64,000 nt of DNA, taken from assembly GCA_963555825.3 (NCBI GenBank), contig CAUVXB020000001.1, positions 832,001-896,000 of the forward strand, in the 5' to 3' direction. The notes under the pieces were generated by a model. The model saw only the letters and a list, made by a program, of their open reading frames with translations. It searched no databases and had not been told where the DNA came from. This stretch comes from Alphaproteobacteria bacterium (GTDB taxonomy: Bacteria > Pseudomonadota > Alphaproteobacteria > JAAXGF01). Within the stretch, counting starts at the first letter, position 1, and each line of letters starts with the position of its first letter. This document shows, one piece after another, positions 1 through 12,816 of the stretch. The translations under genes were made by a program, and so were the position numbers.

Positions 1-506
1 CAGACAGGTTCGTAGGCGACGACGATGTTGGCCGCGACGGCGCCGTCGGGCAGCGAACCGACAAGCTGGCGTTCGACGACGGCGAGCGCCGCGCCGGCAT
101 CGCGCTCGGCCTCGCTCTCGCCGAGGCAGACGATCGCGACGAGCCCCGCGCGATGCGCCGCGGCGGCTTTGTCACGCACCCGGGCGTCGGTTTCGCCGTG
201 GTTGGCGCGCCGTTCTGAATGGCCGACGATGACGTATCGGCAACCGACGTCGGCCAGCATCTCGGCGCTGACGTCGCCGGTGTGCGCGCCCTTCTCGGCA
301 ATCGCACAATCCTGGCCGCCGAGCGCCACCGGACCGTGGCGGAGGACGTCTGCGATCGGCGCCAGTAACGGCGCCGGCGGGCAAATCGCGATATCACAAC
401 CGGGCGGTGACGCGGCCGCCTGCGATTGGATCGCCTCGGCGCGCGCGACGCCCTCGGCGCCGAGCCCGTTCATCTTCCAATTGCCGGCGATCAGCGGTCG
501 TCTCAT
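1..506 (-). CDS. tpiA: Triosephosphate isomerase (5' part; runs off window start)
   Basis: Reverse strand from ATG at 506 reads [14 protein letters not shown], later [21 protein letters not shown] and VVAYEPV, all TIM motifs. Not in the ORF track because its stop lies outside the window. Confidence 0.95.
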   Translation of the reverse strand, partial: MRRPLIAGNWKMNGLGAEGVARAEAIQSQAAASPPGCDIAICPPAPLLAPIADVLRHGPVALGGQDCAIAEKGAHTGDVSAEMLADVGCRYVIVGHSERRANHGETDARVRDKAAAAHRAGLVAIVCLGESEAERDAGAALAVVERQLVGSLPDGAVAANIVVAYEPV

Positions 507-680
507 GGCGCTCGAGGTGGGATGCTTCGTGATGGCCGCTTGTGTAGCATAGCCGCGACCGGCGGCAAAGATGCGCCGCACGTCGGAATTGCGTGTTGCC
601 GCCGAAACGCGACACACCTAGTATTCGCGACCGCGCGACCCGCGCACCGAAATTTACGAAACCGAGGAGACGTTTTCGCC

Positions 681-2570
681 ATGCTGGTCAAGATGCGCAA
701 ATTCGCCGGCACATGGATCATGGCGATATTCTCGTTCATGATCATCCTCAGCTTCGCGGTCTGGGGCGTCGGCGACATCTTCCGCGGCCGCACGTCCAAC
801 GCGGTCGTCACGGTCGGCGACATCGAGATCGCCGACACCGAGCTGTCGCGCGAGTTCCGCCGACAGATGGGCCAGATGCAGCGGCTGTTCGGCGGCACGC
901 TCGACGCCGAGCAGGCGCGCAACCTGGGGCTCGACGACCGGGCGCTCAACACGCTGGTCGCGCGCGCTCTCTACGATCTCGAGTCGGGAAACCTGGGGCT
1001 CGCGGTCGGCGACGATTTCATTAGAGACACCATCCAAAGCAACCCGAACTTCCACAATCAGGTGGGTGTCTTCGACCGCAGCATCTTTGATTCGGTGATC
1101 CGCCAGATGGGCTATGGCGAGCAGCAGTTCATCGCGCTGATGCGCGCCGAGATCATACGCTCGCAATTGCTTGGCTCGTTGGTCTCGGCCGTGCCGACGC
1201 CCAAGTTCGCGGTCGACGCGCTGTATCGCCATCGCGAGGAGCGCCGCGCCGCCAGCTATGTCGTGGTCACGAACGACTCGATCACCGGCCTTGCCGAGCC
1301 GTCTGAAACGGCGCTGGAAACATTCCATGGCGAGAACGCCGCACAGTTCACCGCGCCCGAGTACCGTACCTTCACGTTCATCCACTTGACCGTCGACGAC
1401 GTCGTCGACGAGATCGGTGTCGCCGTGGACGAGGTGCAGGCGGAATACGACGAACGCCGGAACATCTACGTCACGCCCGAGAAGCGCGACGTCGAGCAGA
1501 TACTGCTGCCCGACGAAGCGGCGGCGCGCGCGGCCCACGCCGCGCTCATGTCGGGCGAGGATTTCCTGGCCGTCGCCGAGCGGACGACCGGCGCGACCGG
1601 CGATGCGGTGGCGCTCGGCAAGATAACGCGCAGCGATCTGTTCGAAGAGATCACTGACAAGGTCTTCGCGCTCGGCGTCGACGAGATCGGCGAACCGCTC
1701 GAGAGCCCCTTCGGTTGGCATATCTTCCGGGTCCGGGCGGTCGAACCCGAATACGCCCGGCCGCTCGCCGAGGTGCGCGGCGAGTTGGAACGCGAGATCG
1801 CGCTGCGCGGCGCGGTCGACGTTCTGCACCGGCTGGCCAAACGGCTCGACGACGAACTGGGCAGCGGCGCGACGATCGAAGAGGCCGGCGCGGCGCTCCA
1901 ATTTCCAGTCACGCGGATCGATGGCGTCGACGACGCGGGCCTCGGACCCGACGACGTGCCGGTCGCCGGTTTGCCCACTGTCCGCGAGTTTCTGACGACG
2001 GCCTACGCGACGCCCGAAGGCGACGCATCTTTGCTGATCGAAACCGACGACGGCAGCTATTTCGTGCTGCGCGTCGACGGCGTGACGCTGCCGACGTTGC
2101 GCCCGCTCGACAGCATCCGCGGCGAGGTCACCCAGGCATGGCGTGCCGCCGAGCGCGACAAGCTGGCCGCGGCGCGCGCGACGGAAGCGGCCGAGCGCAT
2201 CAACGGCGGCGCGTCGATAGCGACGGTCGCGGGCGACCTCGGCCTCGACGTGACGGTCGGCGATCCGGTGCGCCGCGATGGCGACGGCGCCGCGCTCCAG
2301 TTCTCCAACGCGCTGGTCCGGGCGCTGTTCTCGGGCTCGATCGGCGATGCGGTGAGCGCCCCGGCGCGCAGCGGCTCGGGTCATGTCGTCGCGCGCCTCG
2401 ACGAGATCGTCGAGGCCGAACCGGGCGGTGATGGCGACGCGCGACGGGCATCGATACGCGCCGAGCTGCAGGGCGCGATGGCCAACGATCTGACCACGCA
2501 ATACCGCATGGCGCTGGAGGCGCGCTACCCGGTCAAGATCAACCAGGGCGCGGTCGACGCGCTGTTCTAG
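681..2570 (+). CDS. ppiD: PpiD-like periplasmic chaperone / peptidyl-prolyl isomerase (SurA N-terminal + parvulin domains)
   Basis: N-terminal membrane anchor (FSFMIILSFAVWGVGD), PLESPFGWHIF parvulin motif, usual alphaproteobacterial position between tpiA and trpE. Start taken as ATG 681. Confidence 0.85.
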   Translation: MLVKMRKFAGTWIMAIFSFMIILSFAVWGVGDIFRGRTSNAVVTVGDIEIADTELSREFRRQMGQMQRLFGGTLDAEQARNLGLDDRALNTLVARALYDLESGNLGLAVGDDFIRDTIQSNPNFHNQVGVFDRSIFDSVIRQMGYGEQQFIALMRAEIIRSQLLGSLVSAVPTPKFAVDALYRHREERRAASYVVVTNDSITGLAEPSETALETFHGENAAQFTAPEYRTFTFIHLTVDDVVDEIGVAVDEVQAEYDERRNIYVTPEKRDVEQILLPDEAAARAAHAALMSGEDFLAVAERTTGATGDAVALGKITRSDLFEEITDKVFALGVDEIGEPLESPFGWHIFRVRAVEPEYARPLAEVRGELEREIALRGAVDVLHRLAKRLDDELGSGATIEEAGAALQFPVTRIDGVDDAGLGPDDVPVAGLPTVREFLTTAYATPEGDASLLIETDDGSYFVLRVDGVTLPTLRPLDSIRGEVTQAWRAAERDKLAAARATEAAERINGGASIATVAGDLGLDVTVGDPVRRDGDGAALQFSNALVRALFSGSIGDAVSAPARSGSGHVVARLDEIVEAEPGGDGDARRASIRAELQGAMANDLTTQYRMALEARYPVKINQGAVDALF

Positions 2571-2571
2571 T

Positions 2572-4089
2572 ATGCAGATATCCCCGGGCCTCGACGCGTT
2601 CACCGCGACCTACCACGCCGGCAAGGCTCAGGTCGCCTGGACGACGCTGGTCGCCGATCTCGAGACGCCGGTCTCGGCGATGCTCAAGCTGGCCGACGGG
2701 CGCGCCAACAGCTTCCTGCTCGAATCGGTCGAGGGCGGCGCGGTGCGCGGCCGCTACTCGATCATCGGCTTGAAGCCCGACCTGGTCTGGCGCGCCACCG
2801 GCGACAACGCCGAGATCAATCGCGACGCCATCGGCGACGCGGACGCCTTCGCGCCCTGCGCCGACGGCGCGCTCGCCTCGCTCCGCGCGCTGCTCGATGA
2901 ATCGCATATCGATCTGCCCGACGAACTGCCGCCGATGGCGGCCGGCATGGTCGGCTACATGGCCTACGACATGGTGCGGCTGATGGAACGTCTGCCGGAT
3001 TCGAACCCGGACGTCATCGGCACGCCCGACGGCTTGTTCCTGCGCCCGACGATCATGGCGATCTTCGACAACATCGAGGACGTCGTGACCGTGGTGACGC
3101 CGGTGCGGCCGGCCGACGGCGTTGACGCCCAGGCCGCCTACGACGCGGCCGACGCGCGCATCGCCGCGGTGGTCGCCGACCTCGGCCGCAGCCTGCCACA
3201 CCCGACCGAGAACGTCGCCGCCGAGGTCGCGGCGGTCGAGCCGATCTCGAACACGACGCGCGAGCGCTATCACGCCATCGTCGAGCAGGCGAAGGCGTAC
3301 ATCATGGCGGGCGACATCTTCCAGGTCGTGCCGTCGCAGCGCTTCTCGGTGCCGTTCACGCTGCCGCCGTTCGCGCTCTACCGCGCGCTGCGCCGGCTCA
3401 ACCCCTCGCCCTTCCTGTTCTTCCTGAACTTCGGCGATTTCGCCGTCGTCGGCTCGAGCCCCGAGATCCTGGTCCGCCTGCGCGGCGAGGTGGTGACCAT
3501 CCGGCCGCTCGCCGGCACCCGGCCGCGCGGCGCCACCGCGGCCGAGGACCAGGCGCTGGCCGACGAGCTGCTGGCCGACCCGAAGGAGCTCGCCGAGCAC
3601 CTGATGCTGCTCGATCTGGGGCGCAACGACGTCGGCCGCTTCGCCAAGATCGGCACGGTCCGCGTCACCCAGCAGTTCGCCATCGAGCGCTACTCCCACG
3701 TCATGCACATCGTCTCCAACGTCGAGGGCGAGATCGACCCGCGCCACGACGCGCTCGACGCGCTGATCGGCGGCTTCCCGGCCGGCACCGTCTCGGGCGC
3801 GCCGAAGGTGCGCGCCATGGAGATCATCGACGAGTTGGAGCACGAGCGGCGCGGCATCTACGCCGGCGCGGTCGGCTATTTCTCGGCGGGCGGCGCGATG
3901 GACACCTGCATCTCGCTGCGCACCGCGGTGGTCAAGGACGGCGTCATGTACGTCCAGGCCGGCGGCGGCGTGGTCGCCGACAGCGACCCCGAGACCGAGT
4001 ACCAGGAGAGCTGCAACAAGGCCCGCGCCCTGATCCGCGCCGCCCAGGAAGCCGTCCGCTACGCGCCGCGTAGCGAGGGGGACGGGTAA
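2572..4089 (+). CDS. trpE: Anthranilate synthase component I
   Basis: Motifs LLESVEGG, GDIFQVVPSQR, NPSP, AEHLMLLDLGRND, FPAGTVSGAPKVRAM. Confidence 0.96.
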   Translation: MQISPGLDAFTATYHAGKAQVAWTTLVADLETPVSAMLKLADGRANSFLLESVEGGAVRGRYSIIGLKPDLVWRATGDNAEINRDAIGDADAFAPCADGALASLRALLDESHIDLPDELPPMAAGMVGYMAYDMVRLMERLPDSNPDVIGTPDGLFLRPTIMAIFDNIEDVVTVVTPVRPADGVDAQAAYDAADARIAAVVADLGRSLPHPTENVAAEVAAVEPISNTTRERYHAIVEQAKAYIMAGDIFQVVPSQRFSVPFTLPPFALYRALRRLNPSPFLFFLNFGDFAVVGSSPEILVRLRGEVVTIRPLAGTRPRGATAAEDQALADELLADPKELAEHLMLLDLGRNDVGRFAKIGTVRVTQQFAIERYSHVMHIVSNVEGEIDPRHDALDALIGGFPAGTVSGAPKVRAMEIIDELEHERRGIYAGAVGYFSAGGAMDTCISLRTAVVKDGVMYVQAGGGVVADSDPETEYQESCNKARALIRAAQEAVRYAPRSEGDG

Positions 4090-4190
4090 CGTCGCCGCGC
4101 CGGCGCGGCGCCCCCCTGAACATCGAAAAGTTAAACGGAAATCGACCCACCCGCCGAGGCTGCATCCGGCCGGTTGTGATCAACGAATCG

Positions 4191-4219
4191 TTGACACATT
4201 CTCTCATGCGTGCTATTCT
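4191..4219 (+). promoter_or_regulatory. Putative sigma70 promoter for the Sel1 gene pair
   Basis: TTGACA (4191-4196), 17-bp spacer, TG-n-TATTCT (4211-4219), 40 bp upstream of ATG 4259. Confidence 0.6.
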
Positions 4220-4307
4220 TGTTTTGTTCCAGTTTATAACTGAGATTCGACACAAGAGATGCGCCGCATCTTCGTATTGGTTCTGAGCGTTCTCGCTGTC
4301 CTCGCTA

Positions 4308-5486
4308 GTGTCCTGATCGATAAATTGATATGATTATGTCTCTATTTGTTTTTAGGAGGCGCGATTGATGGCGAGAGTGGCGGTGACGATCTCTTTGAGC
4401 GATGACGAGCGCGCCGAATTGGAGGCGCTGTCTCGTCGTCGCAAGACGTCGCAGGGGCTTGCGCGGCGGGCTCGGATCGTCTTGGCGGCGGCGGAAGGGT
4501 TGGAGAACAAGGAGATCGCCGTTCGTCTCGAGGCGAGCGCGGACACCGTGGGCAAGTGGCGTCGCCGCTATGCGGCGGAGGGCCTCGACGGTCTGTACGA
4601 CGAACCCCGCCCCGGCGCGCCGCGTCAAATCGGCGATGACGCCATCGCGGAAGCGGTCCGGCTGACGCTGGAAGAGACGCCGCCGGACGCGACCCATTGG
4701 AGCCTTCGCTCGATGGCGCGGGCGAGCGGCCACGCGCCCTCGACCATTCATCGCATCTGGCGGGCCTTCGGCTTGCAGCCGCATCGCTCGGAGACCTTCA
4801 AGCTGTCGAGCGATCCCTTCTTCGTGGAGAAGGTCCGCGACATCGTCGGTCTGTATTTGGCGCCGCCGGATCGTGCCCTGGTTCTCTGTGTCGACGAAAA
4901 GAGCCAGATCCAGGCCCTGGACCGTTCCCAGCCCCTCTTGCCGATGCGCCCCGGGCAGGCGGAGCGGCGCAGCCACGACTACAAGCGCCACGGCACGACC
5001 TCTCTCTTCGCGGCCCTCGACATCGCCACGGGAGAGATCATCGGCAAATGTTTCCCGCGCCATCGGGCCCGAGAGTTCCGCAAATTCCTCGACCTCGTCG
5101 AGGCGAACGTCCCTGCTGATCTCGACATCCACATCGTCATGGACAACTACGGGACCCACAAGACCAAGGCGATCCGCGACTGGTTCGCCAAACGGCCGCG
5201 CTGGCAGGCCCATTTCACACCCACCAGCGCCTCCTGGCTGAACCAGGTCGAGCGCTGGTTCGGGCTGCTGACCGACAAGCAGATCAGGCGCGGCGTCCAT
5301 CGCTCCACCAAGGAGTTGGAGCGCACCATCCTCGACTACATCGACACGACAAACCAGAACCCCAAACCCTTCAAATGGACCAAATCCGCCGATGACATCC
5401 TCGGCGCCATCCAGCGCTTCTGCCTCCGAACAATCGAAATCGCTGAACAGCAGGCGAAAATCATGCGAACTTCGGAATCGGGACAC
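4308..5486 (+). mobile_element. IS630 family element, copy 1 (1179 bp)
   Basis: Terminal IRs GTGTCC...GGACAC with TA duplicated (4306-4307, 5487-5488). Same length and translated transposase as the copy at 40264-41442. Confidence 0.95.
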
Positions 5487-5489
5487 TAG
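4368..5489 (+). CDS. IS630 family transposase
   Basis: HTH N-terminus; [25 protein letters not shown] motifs. The stop codon uses the target TA. Confidence 0.95.
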   Translation: MARVAVTISLSDDERAELEALSRRRKTSQGLARRARIVLAAAEGLENKEIAVRLEASADTVGKWRRRYAAEGLDGLYDEPRPGAPRQIGDDAIAEAVRLTLEETPPDATHWSLRSMARASGHAPSTIHRIWRAFGLQPHRSETFKLSSDPFFVEKVRDIVGLYLAPPDRALVLCVDEKSQIQALDRSQPLLPMRPGQAERRSHDYKRHGTTSLFAALDIATGEIIGKCFPRHRAREFRKFLDLVEANVPADLDIHIVMDNYGTHKTKAIRDWFAKRPRWQAHFTPTSASWLNQVERWFGLLTDKQIRRGVHRSTKELERTILDYIDTTNQNPKPFKWTKSADDILGAIQRFCLRTIEIAEQQAKIMRTSESGH

Positions 5490-6502
5490 GGAGGATGTTG
5501 AAGCACGCGCCCAGACCGCCGGCAACGACTTCGGCTGGAGCGCGGAAGTCGACGCGGCACTAACCGAATTCGAGATCGGCAATACCGACGGAGCAGTCGA
5601 GCAATTGATTCCGCTTGCCGACGCGGGCGATGTCCATGCCCAGTTCCTGCTTGGGCGGTTCTACGAAGATGAGATGGAGTTCAAGGTCAACCATTGCCGC
5701 GCACTCCATTGGTACAAGGAGGCCGCGGCCCAAGGACATGCCGCAGCCACGACCGCAGCGGGCTACTTCTACCTTTCAGGATATTGCAGGCATAAGGACT
5801 ACGACGAAGCGGCCCGCTACTTCGAGCGCGCAGTGATTCTCGGTGATGCCAGCGCGGCTCTGATGTTGACCTATCTCCATCTGACCATCGACTCCGGTCA
5901 CTTCGACCCGCAATCGACCGTAAAGCGCGCCGAAACTGCGTGGGACTTGAGCCAAGAACCCAAGGGTCCCGACTGGGTGGCGATCAATGCCGCCATGGTA
6001 CTAGGACGGGTTTACGGGCGCGGCTATGGCGTTTCTAAAAATTCCGTGAAAGCGGAACATTTCCTGCGCGTTGCAGCGGAACAAGGTTCGCCAGACGCCC
6101 AGTACCAATTGGGCGAGTTTTATCGAGACCGATACGGCCATCCACGCTATCGCGAATCCTGGATGTGGTTGTCACTTGCTGCCCATCAGGGCGATCGGTC
6201 TGCCGTCGACCAGATAGCGCATCTGTCCGACGAAACACGAGTTGAAGCACGGCGGACAGCTATCGCGATGTTCGAGAAAATGATCGAAGACCCGCAGCTT
6301 GCAATCGGCAGGGCGGCCAAGTGGTGCCTCGATCACCAATCGAGCGCGGAGATTTGCCTGCGTTTCGCCTATCGAGACCACTTCGAATGCGATCCGCATA
6401 TCTCACCAGGTTACTTCGAGGCGCGGTATGTAGACTCGATCGCGTACGACGCGTGCCGGCGCGAGGTGTTCGATTCGCACGCAGAGAAGGGCGGAGGCTA
6501 GA

Positions 6503-7439
6503 ATGATATTCGCCCGGCCACTTTGCGCACTTGCATTCGTCGTATTCGCGATCGTTGCCACCGGCACGGCACCCGCAGCCTCACAGTCGGATGAGTTCGT
6601 GCCGCCCTGGAGCGCGGAGGTCGACGCCGCACTCGCATTCTTCGAAAGCGGCGATACCGAAGCGGCGATCGAGCGGCTCGAGCCGCTCGCCGAGGCGGGC
6701 GACGTCGACGCGCAATACATTCTCGGCAGTATCCATGCGCGGGGAATCGGCGTCGCCGAGGACCGCTGCCGCGCTCTCCCATGGTTTCAGCGCGCCGCCG
6801 CGCAAGACGACTCCCGAGCGATCGCATGGTTGGGCGTCTACCATCAATTGGGCGATTGCATGCCAAAGGACTACGACGAAGCGGCGCGCTACTTCAAACA
6901 GGCCGCGGAACTCGGCCAGGCCGGGGCTTACGTCTCGCTTGCTCTTCTCCATAGCGACAAGTCCGAGGGTCTGTACGATCCGATATTGACCATCAAGTGG
7001 GCAAAAAAAGAATGGGACGTAAATAAAGAAACAAATAAAGGATATCATGTTATTGTTGCGGCATTAATTTTAGGGTCTTCATATAAAGTAGGGAAAGGAG
7101 TTTCGGTAAATTTAGAAAAAGCCGCATTTTATTCTTCGTTCGCCGCAAATCAAGGACTTCACTATGCGCAATTCCTTTTGGGGAAAATTTACGAAATTCA
7201 CCGCGACCCCGCGAGGAGGTACACCGAAGGTTACGAGTGGATTTTCCTGGCGGCGTACCAGGGGAACGAGGACGCCATCGCACTGCTGCATCATTTCTAT
7301 GGCAAGGTTCCCGAATGGATGATTACGAATCTACGGAGAGCAGCGCGCGATAGACTGTTCGAGATTGCCGCAAGACCAAGGTCGCAGATCGGAAAGGCGG
7401 CCCAATGGTGCCAATCCCACAAATCGGGCTCGTTCGAAT
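6503..7439 (+). pseudogene. Second secreted Sel1-like repeat protein, C-terminally truncated by IS1595
   Basis: Signal peptide; paralogue of the upstream gene (WSAEVDAAL, KDYDEAARYF, AAxWC). Similarity stops at the IS end at 7440, about 40 aa short of the paralogue's C-terminus. Confidence 0.8.
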
Positions 7440-8544
7440 CTTGCCTATCCGGTTTACACCCACACCCACTAGGGCTAGAATGGGCGCAAACCGGATATAG
7501 GGGAGCGCGCCATGGATGTTCTCGACCGCGCCGATCTCCCATTCCCGCATTCGCTACCCGAGTTCCAGCGACTTTTCCCCGATGATGCGGCCTGCGCCGC
7601 CTACCTGGAGAAAGCCCGCTGGGGAGACGGCTTTGCCTGCCCGCACTGCGGCACGGCGGGAGAGCCGTTCCACTTTGAAAACCGCCCTGGCGTCCTGCGC
7701 TGCCGCAAGTGCCGCCAGAACACCGGGCTGACGGTGGGAACAGTGATGGAGCGTAGCCACACTCCGCTGAACGTCTGGTTCTGGGCCGCTTATCTGGTCG
7801 CCAGTCAGACGCCCGGCATGTCCGCCGTGCAGTTTCAGCGGCAACTTGGTCTTTCGCGCTACGAGACGGCCTTTCAAATTCTCCACAAGCTCCGCTCGGG
7901 CATGGTGCGGCCCAACCAAGACAGGATCGGTGGACAGCCCAAGAACCATGTTGAGGTGGACGAAACCTGGGTTGGCGGGCGAACGCGTGGGGAAGGCCGT
8001 GGTGTTCACCACAAGGTTCTCGTCTCCTGTGCCATCGAGGTGCGTCATCGAAAGCCGGGCACCAAGCTCGACAACCGGAAAGACGGACGCTATGCCGGAC
8101 GCGTTCGGCTCGCCGTCGTGCTCGACCGTAGCGCCGAGTCGCTCTGTGGGTTCGTCGAGAGCACCGTCGCGCCGGGATCGCTGATCGTTACTGACGATTG
8201 GAGCGGCTATGCTGGCCTCGGTAAGCGCGGCTATGAGCACTTCGCTGTTGCCGAGTGTGGTGATCCAGAGGTTGCCGAGCAATACCTGCCGATCATCCAT
8301 CTGGTTTTCGCCAACCTGAAGACGTGGCTGATCGGTATCCACCACGGCGTTAGCCACCAGCACCTACAAGCCTACCTCAACGAGTTCACCTTCCGCTTCA
8401 ACAGGCGGTTCTACCCGTTCAACGCCTTCCGCTCATTGCTCGGCATCGCGGGCGACACCTCTGCTCCAACCTATGCCGAGCTTTACTCGGGAGAGTGGCG
8501 GCACCCTACATGTAGCGGTCATGGGCGTTAACCGGATAGGCAAG
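7440..8544 (+). mobile_element. IS1595 family element (ISSod11-like ends)
   Basis: Inverted repeats CTTGCCTATCCGGTT (7440) and AACCGGATAGGCAAG (to 8544) fit the nnnGcnTATC end pattern. The flanking 8-mers differ, so there is no TSD. Confidence 0.85.
7512..8531 (+). CDS. IS1595 family transposase
   Basis: Zn ribbon CPHC..CRKC; VEVDET, VTDDWSGY, IHLVFANLK, YLNEFTFRFNRR. Confidence 0.92.
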   Translation: MDVLDRADLPFPHSLPEFQRLFPDDAACAAYLEKARWGDGFACPHCGTAGEPFHFENRPGVLRCRKCRQNTGLTVGTVMERSHTPLNVWFWAAYLVASQTPGMSAVQFQRQLGLSRYETAFQILHKLRSGMVRPNQDRIGGQPKNHVEVDETWVGGRTRGEGRGVHHKVLVSCAIEVRHRKPGTKLDNRKDGRYAGRVRLAVVLDRSAESLCGFVESTVAPGSLIVTDDWSGYAGLGKRGYEHFAVAECGDPEVAEQYLPIIHLVFANLKTWLIGIHHGVSHQHLQAYLNEFTFRFNRRFYPFNAFRSLLGIAGDTSAPTYAELYSGEWRHPTCSGHGR

Positions 8545-11099
<2,555 letters not shown>

Positions 11100-11362
11100 C
11101 GCTCAACCCCCTTACAGCCGATAGGATACGCCGCATCGCAAGATTGGGGAATACCGGATGACAAAGGCAATACACGGGCAAAAAGCTGAACCACCAATGT
11201 CGGTTGTGGGTAATCGGCTCAAAGCAGACATGTTCCGCTAATGAGCAGACATTCCTGGCGTTGTTTCGGCGAATTTTCTAACTGAGAGATGATCAACACG
11301 ACCAAGGGTGCAAACGGTGAGTCGGACCCGATTTCCTTGGACACAGAATTGGCTTAATCGAA

Positions 11363-11794
11363 GTGTCCAAGGAGGACCGGAACATGACCGACAATTTTGA
11401 GAACAAAGTTGCTGTTGATGGGCCTGTGGTAAACGAGGGCGAGCTTGGCTCGTCCACGTTTTCCCCGGGCCAGGTTTCGCCGGCAGGCCCGCTGGGACTT
11501 GGCCAGCGGTGGACGGTGACGCGCAAGCGTGAGGTTGCCCTGCGGCTTTTGCGTGGCGAGCCGGTGGAACTTTTGTCGCGGCAGTTGGGCGTGGAGATTT
11601 TCCGGCTCGAGCAGTGGCGTGAGAAGGCGATCGCCGGGATCGATGCCTCGCTCAAGGAACGCAAGGGCGATCCGGTGAAGGCGGAACTGGACATCGCCAT
11701 GAAGCGGATCGGGGAGTTGATCATGCAGGTGGAACTGCTGGAGGCCAAGACGGAGACGTCCGGCCCTTTGGGGCGGCGGAGGTCGCGGCGATGA
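11363..11794 (+). CDS. IS3-like OrfA (HTH)
   Basis: RWTVTRKREVALRLLRGE HTH followed by a coiled coil; ATGA overlap with OrfB. Confidence 0.85.
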   Translation: MSKEDRNMTDNFENKVAVDGPVVNEGELGSSTFSPGQVSPAGPLGLGQRWTVTRKREVALRLLRGEPVELLSRQLGVEIFRLEQWREKAIAGIDASLKERKGDPVKAELDIAMKRIGELIMQVELLEAKTETSGPLGRRRSRR

Positions 11795-12702
11795 GTGCCG
11801 CCACCTCTCCCGGCACGGGTTTGGCCTACGGCCTCCAGCGGGTCTGTGCGGCCTGGGGTTTTGCCCGTTCCTCGTTCTACGCCATGAAATCCCGGCAGCA
11901 GGCCACCGCTGAGCGCCCACCAGCAAAGCGCCGGGGACCGAAGCCCTCGATCTCGGACGAGGCTCTGCTGGTGGCCATCGAGGCCGACCTGGAGGCATCC
12001 CCCTGGGAGGGCGAGGGACACCGCAAGGTCTGGGCTCGGCTTCGGGTCTGTCGTGGCATCCGTGTTTCCCGCAAGCGGGGGCTCCGGGTGATGCGCGAGA
12101 ACAACCTGCTCTCGCCCCATCGCTGCCGCCGCCGTGGCGGAAATCCCCATGTCGGTGAGATCATCACCCATGCCCCCAACCTCATGTGGGGCACGGACGG
12201 CGTTCGGGTGTTCACGGTGGACGACGGCTGGGGCTGGATATTCACCGCCATCGAGCATTGGAACGCCGAGTGCGTCGGCTGGCATGTGTGCAAGCGAGGC
12301 GACCGCTTCGCCGCCCTTCAGCCGATCTCCATGGGGCTTGCGAGGCTGTATGCCTCGACCTCCGCCGGTGCGGCGCGGGGGCTGGCCTTGCGGATGGATC
12401 ACGGCTCCCAGTATCTGTCGGACCACTTCACCAACCAGATCAAGTTCTGGGGCATCCAGCCGTCCTACGCCTTCGTCGAACAGCCCCAGACCAACGGCGT
12501 CGCCGAGAGGTTCAATCGCACGCTCAAGGAACAGATCATCCATGGCCGCATCTACCGCAACATCGCGGAGCTGCGGAACGCCGTCCGCGGGTTCGTCGAA
12601 CAGTACAATGCCCAGTGGATCGTGGAGAAGAACGGCTACCTGAGCCCCGCTCAAGCTCGTCAGGCGTGGCACACCGCGATGTCACTCAGGCCCGCCGCAT
12701 GA
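11791..12702 (+). CDS. IS3-like OrfB DDE transposase (rve integrase core)
   Basis: WGTDG, RMDHGSQY, NGVAERFNRTLK. Confidence 0.92.
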   Translation: MSAATSPGTGLAYGLQRVCAAWGFARSSFYAMKSRQQATAERPPAKRRGPKPSISDEALLVAIEADLEASPWEGEGHRKVWARLRVCRGIRVSRKRGLRVMRENNLLSPHRCRRRGGNPHVGEIITHAPNLMWGTDGVRVFTVDDGWGWIFTAIEHWNAECVGWHVCKRGDRFAALQPISMGLARLYASTSAGAARGLALRMDHGSQYLSDHFTNQIKFWGIQPSYAFVEQPQTNGVAERFNRTLKEQIIHGRIYRNIAELRNAVRGFVEQYNAQWIVEKNGYLSPAQARQAWHTAMSLRPAA

Positions 12703-12816
12703 GACAAACTTGTGTCCAAGGAACCGGGTGCGATACAAAGGGTGCAAACGGCGCGCTTGCGTCGGCGCGCGGGGCGCGTAGGCTGGCCGGCGACATCGAC
12801 GCGACAGGGTAAGGTC

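Larger units (their letters stand above)
4259..6501 (+). pseudogene. Secreted Sel1-like repeat protein interrupted by IS630 in its signal peptide
   Basis: Removing 4308-5488 joins MRRIFVLVLSVLAVLA in frame to [21 protein letters not shown]. The downstream part has Sel1 motifs (AQFLLGRFY, ALHWYKEAAAQG, AQYQLGEFY). Confidence 0.85.
11318..12737 (+). mobile_element. IS3-like two-ORF element, copy 1 (1420 bp) with 14-bp direct repeats
   Basis: Ends TGAGTCGGACCCGATTTCCTTGGACACA and TGTGTCCAAGGAACCGGGTGCGATACA. AAGGGTGCAAACGG at 11304-11317 and 12738-12751. Confidence 0.93.

Noticed and set aside
654-2603. Long antisense or alternate-frame ORFs (also 17191-18783, 24004-25548, 43505-45799, 48268-50679)
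   Set aside because: Shadows of real genes in high-GC DNA, with no recognisable motifs.
5392-5488. N-terminus of the 369-aa ORF in the track
   Set aside because: Derived from the IS630 end; the real start is ATG 4259.
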